A stretch of 64,000 nt of DNA. Origin: Rhodothermales bacterium. Its GTDB lineage: Bacteria; Bacteroidota; Rhodothermia; Rhodothermales; Bin80. Under the pieces are notes generated by a model, which had not been told where the DNA came from, ran no database searches, and worked only from the letters and a program-made list of their open reading frames with translations. Numbering within the stretch: position 1 is the first letter of the stretch; each line of letters begins with the position of its first letter. Below are positions 1-11,027 of this stretch, one piece after another. Position numbers and translations under genes: made by a program. The stretch covers positions 273,130 to 337,129 of the forward strand of contig OY760427.1 of the NCBI GenBank assembly GCA_963663495.1, given 5' to 3'.

Positions 1-2
1 TG

Positions 3-2714
3 CTTATCCAAGGCACGTTTACGGGTACGGCAACAGCGGAGGATGGTACGTATCAGATAATGCTGGGGGCCGGCAATGACGTAATAGAGTTTTCCTTTGT
101 CGGGTTTTCCACCCAGCGGATTCAAGTGCCTCCGGGGCAAACAACCTTGGATGTTCAGTTGGTTGAGACGATCTCGGGACTGGAAGATGTTGTTGTGGTA
201 GGGACGCGGAGGCTCCCCCGTCTTGTTACTGACTCGGCAGTACCTGTTGATGTGATCGGTCCGAGAGATTTGGAATATTCTGCGAGCGCGGACCTGGATG
301 ATGTGTTGCGGTCAACCCTTCCTTCTTACAACGTTCAGCGGAGCGAGATTGACGGATCAACAACCTTCGTGCGTCCGCCGACGATCCGGGGGTTATCGCC
401 CGATAACACCATTCTATTGGTAAACGGCAAAAGACGTCATCGGACTGCTTCAATCGCGCTTTTCGGGAGTGCGCTTATCTTGGGTGCACAGGGCCAAGAC
501 ATGAATATGGTTCCTTCAATTGCGATTAAGCAGTTTGAAGTGCTGCGGGATGGAGCGTCCGCGCAGTACGGTGCGGACGCGGTTGCCGGCGTGTTTAATT
601 TGCAGTTGCGGGATGCCCCTCACGGTGTTCACATTCGCACGCAAATGGGGCAATACGACCAGGGTGATGGTCGGTATATCCGTATCGGGACCAATGCAGG
701 GATGAGCCTGCTGGGAGACGGGTTTTTGAACGCCAGCTTGGAGTACAGCAATTCTGAACCTACCGATCGCTCAGCGCAGCGGGTGGATGCGCAGTTACTG
801 GAGGACCGTGGCTATCCCGTAGCCCAGCCCGCACAAATCTGGGGCAACCCGGATATAGATCACAGTATCGTAGGTTTTATAAATGCCGGAAAAAATTTTT
901 CGCCGTTCACGCAGGCTTATTTGTTTGGAGGTTACGGCCAGCGATCTGGTAACGGCAGTTATTTCTTTAGGGCCCCGGGGACTTCTGGAGCTCGCCGAAA
1001 CGTCTTCCGGTTCGGTTCTGGAGATACGGCGACTCGTGCCGTTGTTGATCTCAATTTGAACGATAGTATTGACTGCCGAAACCTGCCTGATTTGCCAGGG
1101 CTTGATTCGGATTTCGCTGCTCTTGAAGCCTTTATCTCGCAGTATCAGGGCCAGTGCTACCTCTTTAATGAAGACTATCCGGGTGGCTTTACGCCGAGAT
1201 TTGGCGCGGATATTTCTGACATAAGCGCGGTGACGGGTGTGCGGGGGTTTCTGCAAAGTGGATTGCGCTGGGACTTAAGTGCCAGTTATGGCCGTAGCCT
1301 AATGGACTACTTCATTCGCAACACGGTGAACGGGTCCTACGGCCCCGAGAGTCCTTCAGAGTTTCGCCAGCGAGATTTTCTTCAGGTAGAGACTAGCCTT
1401 AATGTTGACATGTCCTATCCCGTGGATGTCAACTTCCTGTATTCACCTCTGAATATTGCTTGGGGAGGGCAGTGGCGCAATGAGACCTTTGAAGCCCGCC
1501 ATGGAGATGTGTTTTCCTACAACCGTGGCCCGTATGCGGTACAGGGGTTTAGTGTGGGATCCAATGGCGACCAAGGTATTCCTCCTGACTTTGCTGACCG
1601 GTGGAGCCGCCCCAATGTCGCCCTTTATGCAGATCTTGAAGCAGATGTAGTACCATCCGTGCAGTTTGGGGTAGCGACGCGGATGGAGAACTTTTACAAT
1701 GACTTTGGCACAACGCTCACGGGGAAAGCCGCCGTGCTATGGCGTGCCTCTCCGCGCGTGAGTCTGAGAGGATCTGTCAGTACGGGGTATCGTGCCCCGA
1801 CACCGGGGCAGGCAAACCTGCAGAATATTGCCACCAACTTCTCTGGAGACGGCGGGCTTATTGATGCGGCGCAGCTGCCGTCAACGCACCCTATCGCCGT
1901 CGCCTTGGGAGGTTCGGAGTTGTCAGAAGAAACGGCAGTGAGCCAGGCTGCCGGGGTTATAGTTCGTGCATCCAAGTCTGTTGTTCTAACCGTAGACTTC
2001 TTCAACGTAGTGGTGAACGACCGAATCGCACTTACCGGCGGGATTCCGCTGTCGGATGAACTCGTAGATATTCTTGCGCGACAGGATGCTCTGCGCGGGT
2101 TTGAGACGTTGCGGGAGATTAAGTTCTTCACGAACGACTACAGTACCCGCCAGCGAGGACTTGATGTCCTTCTTTCATGGGACCAGGAGTGGGATAACGG
2201 GCGCGCTACAATTGCCAGCGTAGCATATAACTGGACCCAGCCGAAGCTGTTGGAATCTTCTGACCCGACGTTGATCAGTGAATTCCTTGGTGTGCAGTTG
2301 CGTGACCCGGTATCGGTAAGCGTCCTTTCTCCGCGCAGACTGATTGAGATAGAGGATGTTAATCCCCATCACAGGGCTATTGCCACCTGGCGTCAAGTAT
2401 GGAATAGTCTCAATACAGCTGTCCGCTTCCAGTACTTTAGTGGCTGGAAGGCGTGTCTGTACTTCAGTTTCTCCTGCACTGTCGGCGGCGAGAGCGGGCT
2501 GCGCGAATACGATGGAGGATGGGTTGTAGATGTCGAAGCGGGCTATCGGATTGGACAGAATTATTCTGTAGCCCTAGGTGTCAACAATGCGTTTGCCAAT
2601 GCTCCCGACGCTGATCAGATAGAGACGAGAGGTCAAGGAAACCTGCATCCACCAAGCACTCCGTGGGACTACAATGGGGCAGCCATATACCTAAGGCTAG
2701 CGGCTGATTTCTAG
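3..2714 (+). CDS. TonB-dependent receptor (5' end outside window)
   Basis: Frame is open from position 3 (LIQGTFTGTAT..GTYQI, carboxypeptidase-regulatory-like N-domain). It has EDVVVVGTRR, plug motifs IRGLSPDNTILLVNGKRRH and FEVLRDGASAQYGADAVAGV, and a C-terminal Phe. Confidence 0.93.
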   Translation, partial: LIQGTFTGTATAEDGTYQIMLGAGNDVIEFSFVGFSTQRIQVPPGQTTLDVQLVETISGLEDVVVVGTRRLPRLVTDSAVPVDVIGPRDLEYSASADLDDVLRSTLPSYNVQRSEIDGSTTFVRPPTIRGLSPDNTILLVNGKRRHRTASIALFGSALILGAQGQDMNMVPSIAIKQFEVLRDGASAQYGADAVAGVFNLQLRDAPHGVHIRTQMGQYDQGDGRYIRIGTNAGMSLLGDGFLNASLEYSNSEPTDRSAQRVDAQLLEDRGYPVAQPAQIWGNPDIDHSIVGFINAGKNFSPFTQAYLFGGYGQRSGNGSYFFRAPGTSGARRNVFRFGSGDTATRAVVDLNLNDSIDCRNLPDLPGLDSDFAALEAFISQYQGQCYLFNEDYPGGFTPRFGADISDISAVTGVRGFLQSGLRWDLSASYGRSLMDYFIRNTVNGSYGPESPSEFRQRDFLQVETSLNVDMSYPVDVNFLYSPLNIAWGGQWRNETFEARHGDVFSYNRGPYAVQGFSVGSNGDQGIPPDFADRWSRPNVALYADLEADVVPSVQFGVATRMENFYNDFGTTLTGKAAVLWRASPRVSLRGSVSTGYRAPTPGQANLQNIATNFSGDGGLIDAAQLPSTHPIAVALGGSELSEETAVSQAAGVIVRASKSVVLTVDFFNVVVNDRIALTGGIPLSDELVDILARQDALRGFETLREIKFFTNDYSTRQRGLDVLLSWDQEWDNGRATIASVAYNWTQPKLLESSDPTLISEFLGVQLRDPVSVSVLSPRRLIEIEDVNPHHRAIATWRQVWNSLNTAVRFQYFSGWKACLYFSFSCTVGGESGLREYDGGWVVDVEAGYRIGQNYSVALGVNNAFANAPDADQIETRGQGNLHPPSTPWDYNGAAIYLRLAADF

Positions 2715-3254
2715 GCTGTGCCGCCATGCCCTGAATTACTGCCGAGGTGATTGTGGAGGTGTAGACTGCGTGAGCGGCGTGTAGGTGTGGCTATGGACAA
2801 TCGGGTAGGCTCCTTGCTTACGTGCGTGACCGCGGCGTTCTTGGTGCATGTTCGGCTGCGGGAACGGCGAATCCTCGGACAGGTGGGGCAGGCCATTGGG
2901 GATACCGGGGCTGCAGTAGTCGGATATCATAGGTAGAAGCTTTTTGGACATTAGTCGCGACCGATCCGAATGTCCAAAGTCTCTAACACTAACAATAGCC
3001 ATCCATTATCCTCCCGATCCTTTTCAACATTTTCGAATCGGGGTGTTGTAGTCTGAAGGTGTGATTTTGTAAGTAGTTGGCCGGTCGGGTAGATTTGACT
3101 ACTCGGCGGCTGCAGATGGGGAATTCTGCTGGTCATGGGAATGTGTGCTGGCAGGCACAATAGTGGGACTGGAACCGTATCCGTACGGTGAAGCACATAT
3201 CAATATCCCCGGATTGATATACACGGCAGGCACTTCAAGACCCAGGTTAACGAA

Positions 3255-3425
3255 GGGAGTTATATGGCTGAGTGCCACACGTTTTCGCAGGAATTACTTT
3301 TTGTGCTTTGGTGGTGCAGACAGGATGGCTTTCGCCAGTATTTCATAATTGGCTCCCGCTTTTCACGAAAAACTGCAATTATTTCAAATAACTCAACACG
3401 TGGGTACTCATGCTATATAAGTTCC
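3255..3425 (+). mobile_element. MITE-like derivative of an IS1595-family end (171 bp)
   Basis: Starts GGGAGTTATATGGC and ends GCTATATAAGTTCC (imperfect TIR). Near-identical to 20775-20946 (minus) and to the first ~85 bp of 21416-21500. Confidence 0.7.
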
Positions 3426-3630
3426 ATATATTAATGACTCTGAAATCAGTAAATTTTCAGAGCGAAATGTGAACTTGGGAAGAGACTCTTAGGTTAGGCC
3501 CAGATAGGCGACGACATCAATATTGTGAATATTGCAGGTCAACCCTTCGACTCGTAGTTTTCGGGGCTGCGTGGCGAGCGGGATGTGGATGCTTGGAAGT
3601 TGGCAGTGTTGGTGTTGGTTTTGCTAAGGA

Positions 3631-6600
3631 ATGATAAACGAAGCTGCGTTTGATTGTTGGACCACGCATGTTGTATTGAGATGTGTGGTGATCCTATTGG
3701 GTCTGCTGAATGCTCTCGGAATAATTCAGTCCGTGCAGGGCCAGAATGCGGCGGAGTCGCGATTTGCCGCTCCGGCTGCTGAGATTGAGATGAGTACCGG
3801 ATCTGAGCCGGAAGAAGTAGCTCCACGCTCCCTGTCGACCCGGATGGAAAGCATTGAAGCAGCGCCAGAGAACGGTTGGTGCCCGTTGGGACCAGGTAGG
3901 ATTTGGAGAGAATTACGAGAAGGAATTTCCTGTAGCTCCCTCTTTCATTGCGGGACGTGGGGTCGGCCAGGGCCGTACGTATACCTTCATCACACCAACG
4001 GTGTGATTGGTAGAAGAGCTGAGAATGGAACCGATGTGATTGTGACTGGACCCGACAGTGTTTTGATTCAGAATGACGTGGATTGGGTTCAGGTTGAGGC
4101 AGAGTACAGAGCCATCTCGGATGGTATACCTGAAGGAGATGAGGAAATTAATTGCTACTGCAGCAGCTACCGATACCCACCTACGCTAAGCGGAGGTGCC
4201 CGCATTCGAATAGTGGATGGTGACGGGTGGACTGTAAGCGATGCGACTGCCAATGAGAGTCATGGAAATATGACATTCCTGTTGGAGTTCCCGCAACCGG
4301 TAGCGCGGGACCTGACTGTTAAATACTCCACGAAGGATGGTACAGCAAAAGGTGGAACGGATTACACACGTACGATTGGAGCGGTCACCGTCAGGAAGGG
4401 TCAGATGAGTGCTTACATCGGGGTGCCATTGGTCAAGGATCAGATTCCAGAAGGCACTGAAACGTTTGAACTGTTTACAATCTCGGATCAGTTTTCTGGC
4501 ATCCCGGAGCAAAAGGCCACGGGCACTATTGTTGAAGGATCTCATCTCATAATTGAGCCATCTCCACTGTTTGTAGATGAAGGAGGGCAGAACACATACA
4601 CCATAGCTTTGGGAGAGCAACCCGGCGGTGATGTTACGGTGGCGATAACGGGGCATACCGGGACGGACTTGGCCCTTAACAATACGAGTCTGACGTTCAC
4701 GCCCACGAATTGGGATCAACGGCAAACAGTGACCGTGACGGCAGGAGAAGATGCCGACGCGATTGACGACAGGGAGACGCTCATGCACACGGCAACCGCA
4801 CCAGGAGGAGTTTTTGACGGGGTATCGGAAAGTCTGTGGGTGACGATAACAGATAAGTATGCGATAAGGCTTATAGTTACACCAAACCATCTGGATCTGG
4901 TGGAAGAGGATTCTGGACAAGCCTTTAGGGTAAAGCTGGGCTCGTCACCGCCAGTAGGGAAAGATGTGACAGTAGCGGTAAATGTTGGACCTCGGCTGGA
5001 TGGAAAGGTATCATTGTCCGAGCCACAATTGACCTTCACATCTTCCAACTGGAGCACTGATCAATCAGTAACGGTGACAGCGGAGAGCGATGCGGATGCA
5101 GATGACGAAGCAGGGACATTGGATTTGTCGGCAAGTGGGGGCGGGTATAGTGGCCAGAGCCAGACGGGTTATGTGTCTGTCATCGTTGATGACGATGACA
5201 GAGTGCAATTGGTAGTGGCTCCCAGATCACTAAGTTTAGTGGAAGGAGGTTCGGGAAAGGGGTTTACGGTGAGACTGGGTTCTGAACCTGTGGGGAATGA
5301 CGTGACGGTGGCGGTGAGCGTTCCATCGGCGCTGGATGGAAAGGTGTCGTTGTCTGACGACAACTTGACCTTCACATCTTCCAATTGGAGCACCGATCAA
5401 TCAGTAACCGTGTCGGCGGAGGACGATGGGGATGCAGATGACGAAGCAGGGACATTGGATCTGTCGGCAAGTGGAGGCGGGTATGATGGCCAGACGGGTG
5501 CTGTATCGGTCACCGTTGATGACGACGATACAGCGCAATTGGTAGTGACTCCGACAACGTTAAGCTTGGTGGAAGGGGGTTCGGGAAAGGGGTTTACGGT
5601 CAGATTGGGTTCGGCTCCTGTGGGGAATGACGTGACGGTGGCGGTGAGCATTCCACCAGAACTGGCCGGAAAGGTATCGTTGACCGTGCCACACTTGACC
5701 TTCACAGCTTCCAATTGGAGCACTGATCAATCGGTAACAGTAACGGCTGAGAACGATGGGGATGCGGACAACGAAGCAGGGACACTGGATCTGTCGGCAA
5801 GCGGAGGCGGGTATAATGGCCAGACGGGTGCTGTATCGGTCACCGTTGATGACGACGATACAGCGCAATTGGTAGTGACTCCGACAACGTTAAGCTTGGT
5901 GGAAGGGGGTTCGGGAAAGGGGTTTACGGTCAGATTGGGTTCGGCTCCTGTGGGGAATGACGTGACGGTGCAGGTCAACATTCCACCAGAACTGGCCGGA
6001 AAGGTATCGTTGACCGTGCCACACTTGACCTTCACATCTTCCAATTGGAGCACTGATCAATCTGTAACCGTGATGGCAGACGACGATGGGGATGCAGACG
6101 ACGAAGCAGGAACATTGGATCTGTCGGCAAGCGGAGGCGGGTATAATGGCCAGACGGGTGATGTATCGGTCACCGTTGATGACGATGACACAGTGCAATT
6201 GGTAGTGGCTCCGTTGACGGTGAGCTTGGTGGAAGGGGGTTCCGGAAAGGATTTTATTGTAAAGCTGGGCTCATCTCCTCCAGTGGGGGAAGATGTGAAG
6301 GTGGCGGTGAGTGTTCCATCGGAGCTGGATGGAGAGGTGTCGTTGTCCGTGCCACACTTGATCTTCGCATCTTCCAATTGGAGCACCGATCAATCAGTAA
6401 CCGTAATGGCCCAAGACGATAGGGATGCAGGCGACGAAGCCGGGACTTTAGAACTTGCGGCAAGTGGAGGCGGGTATGATGGCATAAATGGGAGAGTGTC
6501 GGTGGATGTAACAGACGACGACACACCGGGCTTGGTGTTGAGCAAGGCAAGCCTGACGATTCAAGAGGGGAGTTCGCGTGATTACACGGTGAGGCTTGTC

Positions 6601-9600
6601 ACGCAGCCGACGGAAGTAGTAACGGTTTCTATCACGGGTACGGGCGTAACTATGAGTCCCGCGAGCCTGACCTTTACGGGTGCAACTTGGGAAACAGAAC
6701 AGACGGTGACGGTGGCGGCACCCCACGATGACGATGCGTCCAACGAGCGGATGGTACTAACCCACGCGGCTTCTGGTGGGGACTACAGATCGGTTAGCAA
6801 GGATTTGCCTGTGATGGTGACAGACGACGATACGCCGGGGTTACGTATTGCGCCGATGGCCTTAACCGTGCCTGAAGGGGCATCGGGCGTGTACCGAGTA
6901 GCACTGGAGACAGAGCCGACCGGTACGGTGACGGTGACTATTGAAAGCGACAATAGCGACGTAACGATGGTCGCTACTCCGCTGACATTCACTTCTGGTG
7001 ATTGGGATACGGAACAGACGGTAATGGTGCGTGCGGTGGAAGACGCTGACACGGACGACGACAGTGCCACGCTCACGCACACTGCATCGGGAGGGGACTA
7101 TGATTCCGTGAGAGGGCCTGCTGTCACGGTGACGGTGAAGGACGATGATCCGGTGGCAGGGTTGGTGGTATCGCCCACTTACCTTTCGGTGACAGAGGGG
7201 GCGGAAGAGCATTTTACGGTACAGTTACTCGCGGAGCCCACGCAGGCAGTGGATGTTCGGATCACGGGCGATGCGGGAACAGGATTAAGGGTAGGCCGGA
7301 CGATGCTGCGGTTTATATCGGAGGACTGGAGCACGCCTGTTACGGTGACAGTCCATGCGGAAGAGGACGACGATGTGATGGACGCAAGTGTACAGCTTAC
7401 CCTTACAGCATCCGGGGGTGTGTATACCGGCGAGACAGAAAAGGTTGTCGTTGCCGTACAGGACAACGACGTAGCAGAGATTGTGCTATCCGCTACAGAG
7501 CTTGAGATTGTTGAATTGGACGCAGAGTCTTATACAGTGCGGCTAGTGGCGCAGCCATCGGGCACGGTAATCGTGACAATCGCGAGTGATAATCCCGAGG
7601 TTACGGTCAGTGATGCGTCGCTGACGTTCACGGCCGATGATTGGTATACCCCGCAGGCGGTAACGGTGCTGGCGCATGAGGACGACGATCAGGACAATGA
7701 CGATGCTACGCTTGTGCACCGGGCGTCGGGCTCAGATTACGATGGTGTGGAGGAGGAATTAACGGTGACGGTGCTGGACGACGACGAGGCGGGGCTGGTA
7801 GTAAGGCCGGCAGCAGTGGCACTGGTTGAGGGGGAAGCAGGCAAGACCTTTACGGTATCGCTTGCGACTCCACCTTCGGGCCAGGTCACCGTAACCCTCA
7901 GTCAAGAGTTCGCCCTGGATGGCAAGGTATCGGTCGTTCCTCTTGGCTTGACTTTCACGCCTGCGGACTGGGATACGGACCAGACGGTCATGGTGACAGC
8001 ACTGGACGATGCGGATGGTACCGACGAAGCTGGATTGGTACAGTTGTCGGCGAGCGGTGGTGGCTACGGAGGAAAATCAGGAGCTGTAAAGGTGAAGGTT
8101 ACAGATGCTGATGCACCACACCGCATTGATGTAGAAACTTTGTCGGTTGCGGTGTCTGAAGGTGCAGGGCCGGCGCGATTCAAGGTGAGGCTTAACAGGC
8201 AGAGTGAAACGGCAGTCGCGGTGCGTTACACAACGCACGATGAGTCGGCCCATGCCGGGCTTGACTATCTGGTGCCGGTAACAAACGTGCTCACCTTTGA
8301 GACAGGCGGTAACCTGGATAAGTGGATAGATGTACAGATTCTTGATGACGCATTGCACGAGGAAGAGGAGACTTTTACGCTGGAACTGACGGACGCGCAG
8401 GGAGCGGAGCTGGGTAACGCGACGGGCCGTGCCACGATTGTGGACAACGATGCTGCGCCGACCGTCAGTATTGTGCCTGCGGTATATGTGCGGGAAGGGG
8501 GTATAGCAAATGGTTACGTCAGTCTAAGTAACGCCAGCGCGACTCCTATCAGGGTCTTGTACAGCACAAGTGATGTGACGGCGACAGCGGGAGAGGACTA
8601 CGAGGCGGTGAGCGCCGGGTCGGTGACGATTGAGCATGGTGAGATGGGAGCGGTAATACAAGTTCCAACCGAAGACGACGCACTGCACGAGGGCAGGGAG
8701 GCGTTTCTGGTGCAACTTGATGGCGGCGGCCAGACCACAGTGACGATACTGGACGATGATCGTTTGCCGGGCCTATCCATAGGCGATGTGACGGTATCAG
8801 AGGATGGAGGGAGTGCGCAGCTTGCGGTGTCGCTAAATGGTATGAGCGCGGTACGTGTAGGGGTTGCATATGCCACGCAGGACGGTACGGCAAAAGCGGG
8901 GGTGGACTACACGCGCACGATGGGCGCACTGGTCTTTGCACCGGGCGAGACGGTGAGGCATATATGGGTACCGGTAGCGCGTGATGATGTGGTGGAGGAA
9001 GACGAGGGATTGGCAGTAAAGCTGAGCGCTCCAGAGCATGCTATGCTATTGGACGCGGAGGGGGATGTGACGATTAAGGATGATCCTATAGAGGTCAGCA
9101 TCTATGACGGTACAGGGACAGAGAATTCGGAGGAGCTGGTGATGGCCGTGCGGCTGAATTACGGTAGTACCAAGGTGGTATCGGTGCGGTTTGCTGTGAC
9201 AGGAGGCGCGGCGACATCGGATGTGGACTACGAGGCGACGGAGGGGCTGGTGGTATTTGAGACGGGCAGTACGGAGGCGCAAGTGAGGATACCTTTGATA
9301 GACGACGACTTGCAGGAAGGAAACGAAACGATAGAGGTGACGCTGTCAAGTCCGACCAATGCGCAAATCGGGCAGGCGATGGCAACGGGCACAATCTTGG
9401 ATGACGAGACTGCGCCGGGCGTGCAGGTGCGAGCCATTGCGGTGTCGCAGACCGAGGCGGTGTTTGTGGTGGGACTACTGGCACCTGTGGCAGAACGGCT
9501 GACGGGCCGTTACCGTACGATAGACGGCACGGCATGGGCGGGAGAGGACTACGAGCGCATGGAGGGGGTGCTGGAATTTGGGCCTGGGGAGACAAGAAAA

Positions 9601-10842
9601 GAGGTACGCGTGCCCTTACTGCGCGCGCAAGGTAACGGGGAGGCGTTTGCGCTGATGGTGGAGTTAGGGGATGAGATGGTCCGCGAGGAGGTGGTGTTGG
9701 GCTCGGAGGATACGGGAACCCGTGCGCGATTGGGCCGGAGTGTGGCGGTGCATATAGTGGAGGCGGTATCGGAGCGTATGGAGGGATCATTGGTGGGTTG
9801 TATGCCGAGGCCGTTTCCCGGTCAGCGGGTACGGGTGTCGCATCTATTGTCGGGCTGTGGCATGCAGGCAAGCGGAGAGCGGATAAGTGTATGGGGTCGT
9901 GGTGCGTACAGCAGGTTGCAGAGCGGCGGGGTATCGGGAGCGGATGTGGTGACAGCGTCCTTGGGGGCGGACTACCGTGCGGGAGGTCGCTGGCTGATGG
10001 GGATGGTGGTATCGCGCAGCGAGGCATTGGAGGAGGAGGAAGGGACGCTATTACAGATGACGGGCTGGTATCCGTATATGCGCTATGGAGGGATGCGGCA
10101 CAGTGTGTGGGGGTTGGCAGGAGCAGGACAGGGAGTGGCTGAAGCAGCGGACACGGGAATGCGCATGATGGCAGCGGGCGTAGGCGGCACGTTGGTACGC
10201 CGGGCGGGCGCGCGGCTGGGGTACGGGGCGGACGGGTTCTGGCTGGGGATGAATGGAGGGATAGGGGTGAGCCGTGTTCGCGCAGGACTGGAGGGATCGG
10301 TGACGTTGCAGGATATCTTGGAGCCGTATGTGGAGGCGGCGGTTTTGCACAGTGGTGGGGATGCGGAGAGAGGAATGGGAATGGAGGCAGGAGGAGGGTT
10401 ACGGGTGCGGCTGGGGATGTTGCATGTGGAGGTAATGTCAAGGCGTTTGGTGTTGCATCAGGAGGATGGCTACGGGGAGTGGGGATATTCGGGCACGGTT
10501 CGCTATGGAGGACTGGAGGGATTGGGAGCGCAGGTGCGACCGACCTGGGGTCGTACGCATGTGGGGACGCTGTGGCAGGCGGAGCGTCCGTGGGAGGTGT
10601 ATCCGTCGGATCGTCGGATGGAGTTGGAGGTGGGGTACGGTTCGCGTGTTCACAGGCGCAGTGTGCTGCGGCCGCATGTGGGTATGGGGCTGCGTGACAG
10701 AGGCAGGGACTACCGCATAGGAGCGGGCGTGCAGGGGCGCACGGGGTTAGGATTTAGCGTGAGCGGATTGGCGATGGAGCACATGGCACCATACCGACCG
10801 GTGAGCTACGGCGTGATTGCGAGTGGCTACATGCGCTGGTGA
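3631..10842 (+). CDS. Giant Calx-beta repeat adhesin with C-terminal autotransporter-like beta-barrel
   Basis: 2403-aa ORF with hydrophobic N-terminal segment, Calx-beta motifs (YSTKDGTAKGGTDY, YATQDGTAKAGVDY, DDALHEEEETF), ~11 acidic ~105-110-aa repeats (LTFTxxNWxTxQxVTVxAxDDxD), and an amphipathic beta-rich C-terminus ending YMRW. Start codon uncertain. Confidence 0.8.
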   Translation: MINEAAFDCWTTHVVLRCVVILLGLLNALGIIQSVQGQNAAESRFAAPAAEIEMSTGSEPEEVAPRSLSTRMESIEAAPENGWCPLGPGRIWRELREGISCSSLFHCGTWGRPGPYVYLHHTNGVIGRRAENGTDVIVTGPDSVLIQNDVDWVQVEAEYRAISDGIPEGDEEINCYCSSYRYPPTLSGGARIRIVDGDGWTVSDATANESHGNMTFLLEFPQPVARDLTVKYSTKDGTAKGGTDYTRTIGAVTVRKGQMSAYIGVPLVKDQIPEGTETFELFTISDQFSGIPEQKATGTIVEGSHLIIEPSPLFVDEGGQNTYTIALGEQPGGDVTVAITGHTGTDLALNNTSLTFTPTNWDQRQTVTVTAGEDADAIDDRETLMHTATAPGGVFDGVSESLWVTITDKYAIRLIVTPNHLDLVEEDSGQAFRVKLGSSPPVGKDVTVAVNVGPRLDGKVSLSEPQLTFTSSNWSTDQSVTVTAESDADADDEAGTLDLSASGGGYSGQSQTGYVSVIVDDDDRVQLVVAPRSLSLVEGGSGKGFTVRLGSEPVGNDVTVAVSVPSALDGKVSLSDDNLTFTSSNWSTDQSVTVSAEDDGDADDEAGTLDLSASGGGYDGQTGAVSVTVDDDDTAQLVVTPTTLSLVEGGSGKGFTVRLGSAPVGNDVTVAVSIPPELAGKVSLTVPHLTFTASNWSTDQSVTVTAENDGDADNEAGTLDLSASGGGYNGQTGAVSVTVDDDDTAQLVVTPTTLSLVEGGSGKGFTVRLGSAPVGNDVTVQVNIPPELAGKVSLTVPHLTFTSSNWSTDQSVTVMADDDGDADDEAGTLDLSASGGGYNGQTGDVSVTVDDDDTVQLVVAPLTVSLVEGGSGKDFIVKLGSSPPVGEDVKVAVSVPSELDGEVSLSVPHLIFASSNWSTDQSVTVMAQDDRDAGDEAGTLELAASGGGYDGINGRVSVDVTDDDTPGLVLSKASLTIQEGSSRDYTVRLVTQPTEVVTVSITGTGVTMSPASLTFTGATWETEQTVTVAAPHDDDASNERMVLTHAASGGDYRSVSKDLPVMVTDDDTPGLRIAPMALTVPEGASGVYRVALETEPTGTVTVTIESDNSDVTMVATPLTFTSGDWDTEQTVMVRAVEDADTDDDSATLTHTASGGDYDSVRGPAVTVTVKDDDPVAGLVVSPTYLSVTEGAEEHFTVQLLAEPTQAVDVRITGDAGTGLRVGRTMLRFISEDWSTPVTVTVHAEEDDDVMDASVQLTLTASGGVYTGETEKVVVAVQDNDVAEIVLSATELEIVELDAESYTVRLVAQPSGTVIVTIASDNPEVTVSDASLTFTADDWYTPQAVTVLAHEDDDQDNDDATLVHRASGSDYDGVEEELTVTVLDDDEAGLVVRPAAVALVEGEAGKTFTVSLATPPSGQVTVTLSQEFALDGKVSVVPLGLTFTPADWDTDQTVMVTALDDADGTDEAGLVQLSASGGGYGGKSGAVKVKVTDADAPHRIDVETLSVAVSEGAGPARFKVRLNRQSETAVAVRYTTHDESAHAGLDYLVPVTNVLTFETGGNLDKWIDVQILDDALHEEEETFTLELTDAQGAELGNATGRATIVDNDAAPTVSIVPAVYVREGGIANGYVSLSNASATPIRVLYSTSDVTATAGEDYEAVSAGSVTIEHGEMGAVIQVPTEDDALHEGREAFLVQLDGGGQTTVTILDDDRLPGLSIGDVTVSEDGGSAQLAVSLNGMSAVRVGVAYATQDGTAKAGVDYTRTMGALVFAPGETVRHIWVPVARDDVVEEDEGLAVKLSAPEHAMLLDAEGDVTIKDDPIEVSIYDGTGTENSEELVMAVRLNYGSTKVVSVRFAVTGGAATSDVDYEATEGLVVFETGSTEAQVRIPLIDDDLQEGNETIEVTLSSPTNAQIGQAMATGTILDDETAPGVQVRAIAVSQTEAVFVVGLLAPVAERLTGRYRTIDGTAWAGEDYERMEGVLEFGPGETRKEVRVPLLRAQGNGEAFALMVELGDEMVREEVVLGSEDTGTRARLGRSVAVHIVEAVSERMEGSLVGCMPRPFPGQRVRVSHLLSGCGMQASGERISVWGRGAYSRLQSGGVSGADVVTASLGADYRAGGRWLMGMVVSRSEALEEEEGTLLQMTGWYPYMRYGGMRHSVWGLAGAGQGVAEAADTGMRMMAAGVGGTLVRRAGARLGYGADGFWLGMNGGIGVSRVRAGLEGSVTLQDILEPYVEAAVLHSGGDAERGMGMEAGGGLRVRLGMLHVEVMSRRLVLHQEDGYGEWGYSGTVRYGGLEGLGAQVRPTWGRTHVGTLWQAERPWEVYPSDRRMELEVGYGSRVHRRSVLRPHVGMGLRDRGRDYRIGAGVQGRTGLGFSVSGLAMEHMAPYRPVSYGVIASGYMRW
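4860..6510 (+). repeat. Intragenic tandem repeat, ~330-bp period, ~5 units
   Basis: Units near 5530-5860 and 5860-6190 are almost identical at DNA level. Shadow ORFs 5397..5723, 5727..6053 and 6057..6386 repeat every 330 bp. Confidence 0.9.
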
Positions 10843-11027
10843 GTACTGGGCGTGTGCCAAGAAGACAAAAGGAGTGCGCCAGGCTAACTGGCAAGGTATA
10901 GCGGGTGGAAGTCCCGTAATATGAAGCAAGAACCAAGCACATATTTCCGCGAGCCGTGCGCGGTCACTCGTGAGGGTGGACGTGAAGTGTCGGTAGCGGC
11001 GCATATGGCCAGGGATATTGAGCAACG

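Noticed and set aside
2943-2978. 10-bp inverted repeat TTTGGACATT..AATGTCCAAA as a terminator
   Set aside because: It has an AT-rich stem, a 16-nt loop and no U-tract on the plus strand, and lies ~230 bp from the stop. Function cannot be supported.
9095-10441. 448-aa Pro-rich minus-strand ORF
   Set aside because: It is an antisense shadow of the G-rich 3' end of the adhesin gene and has no recognisable domain.
10890-10925. GCGGGTGGAAGTCCCG resembling a cobalamin riboswitch stem
   Set aside because: It lies just inside the intron 5' end and fits a domain I stem-loop. No B12 box follows.
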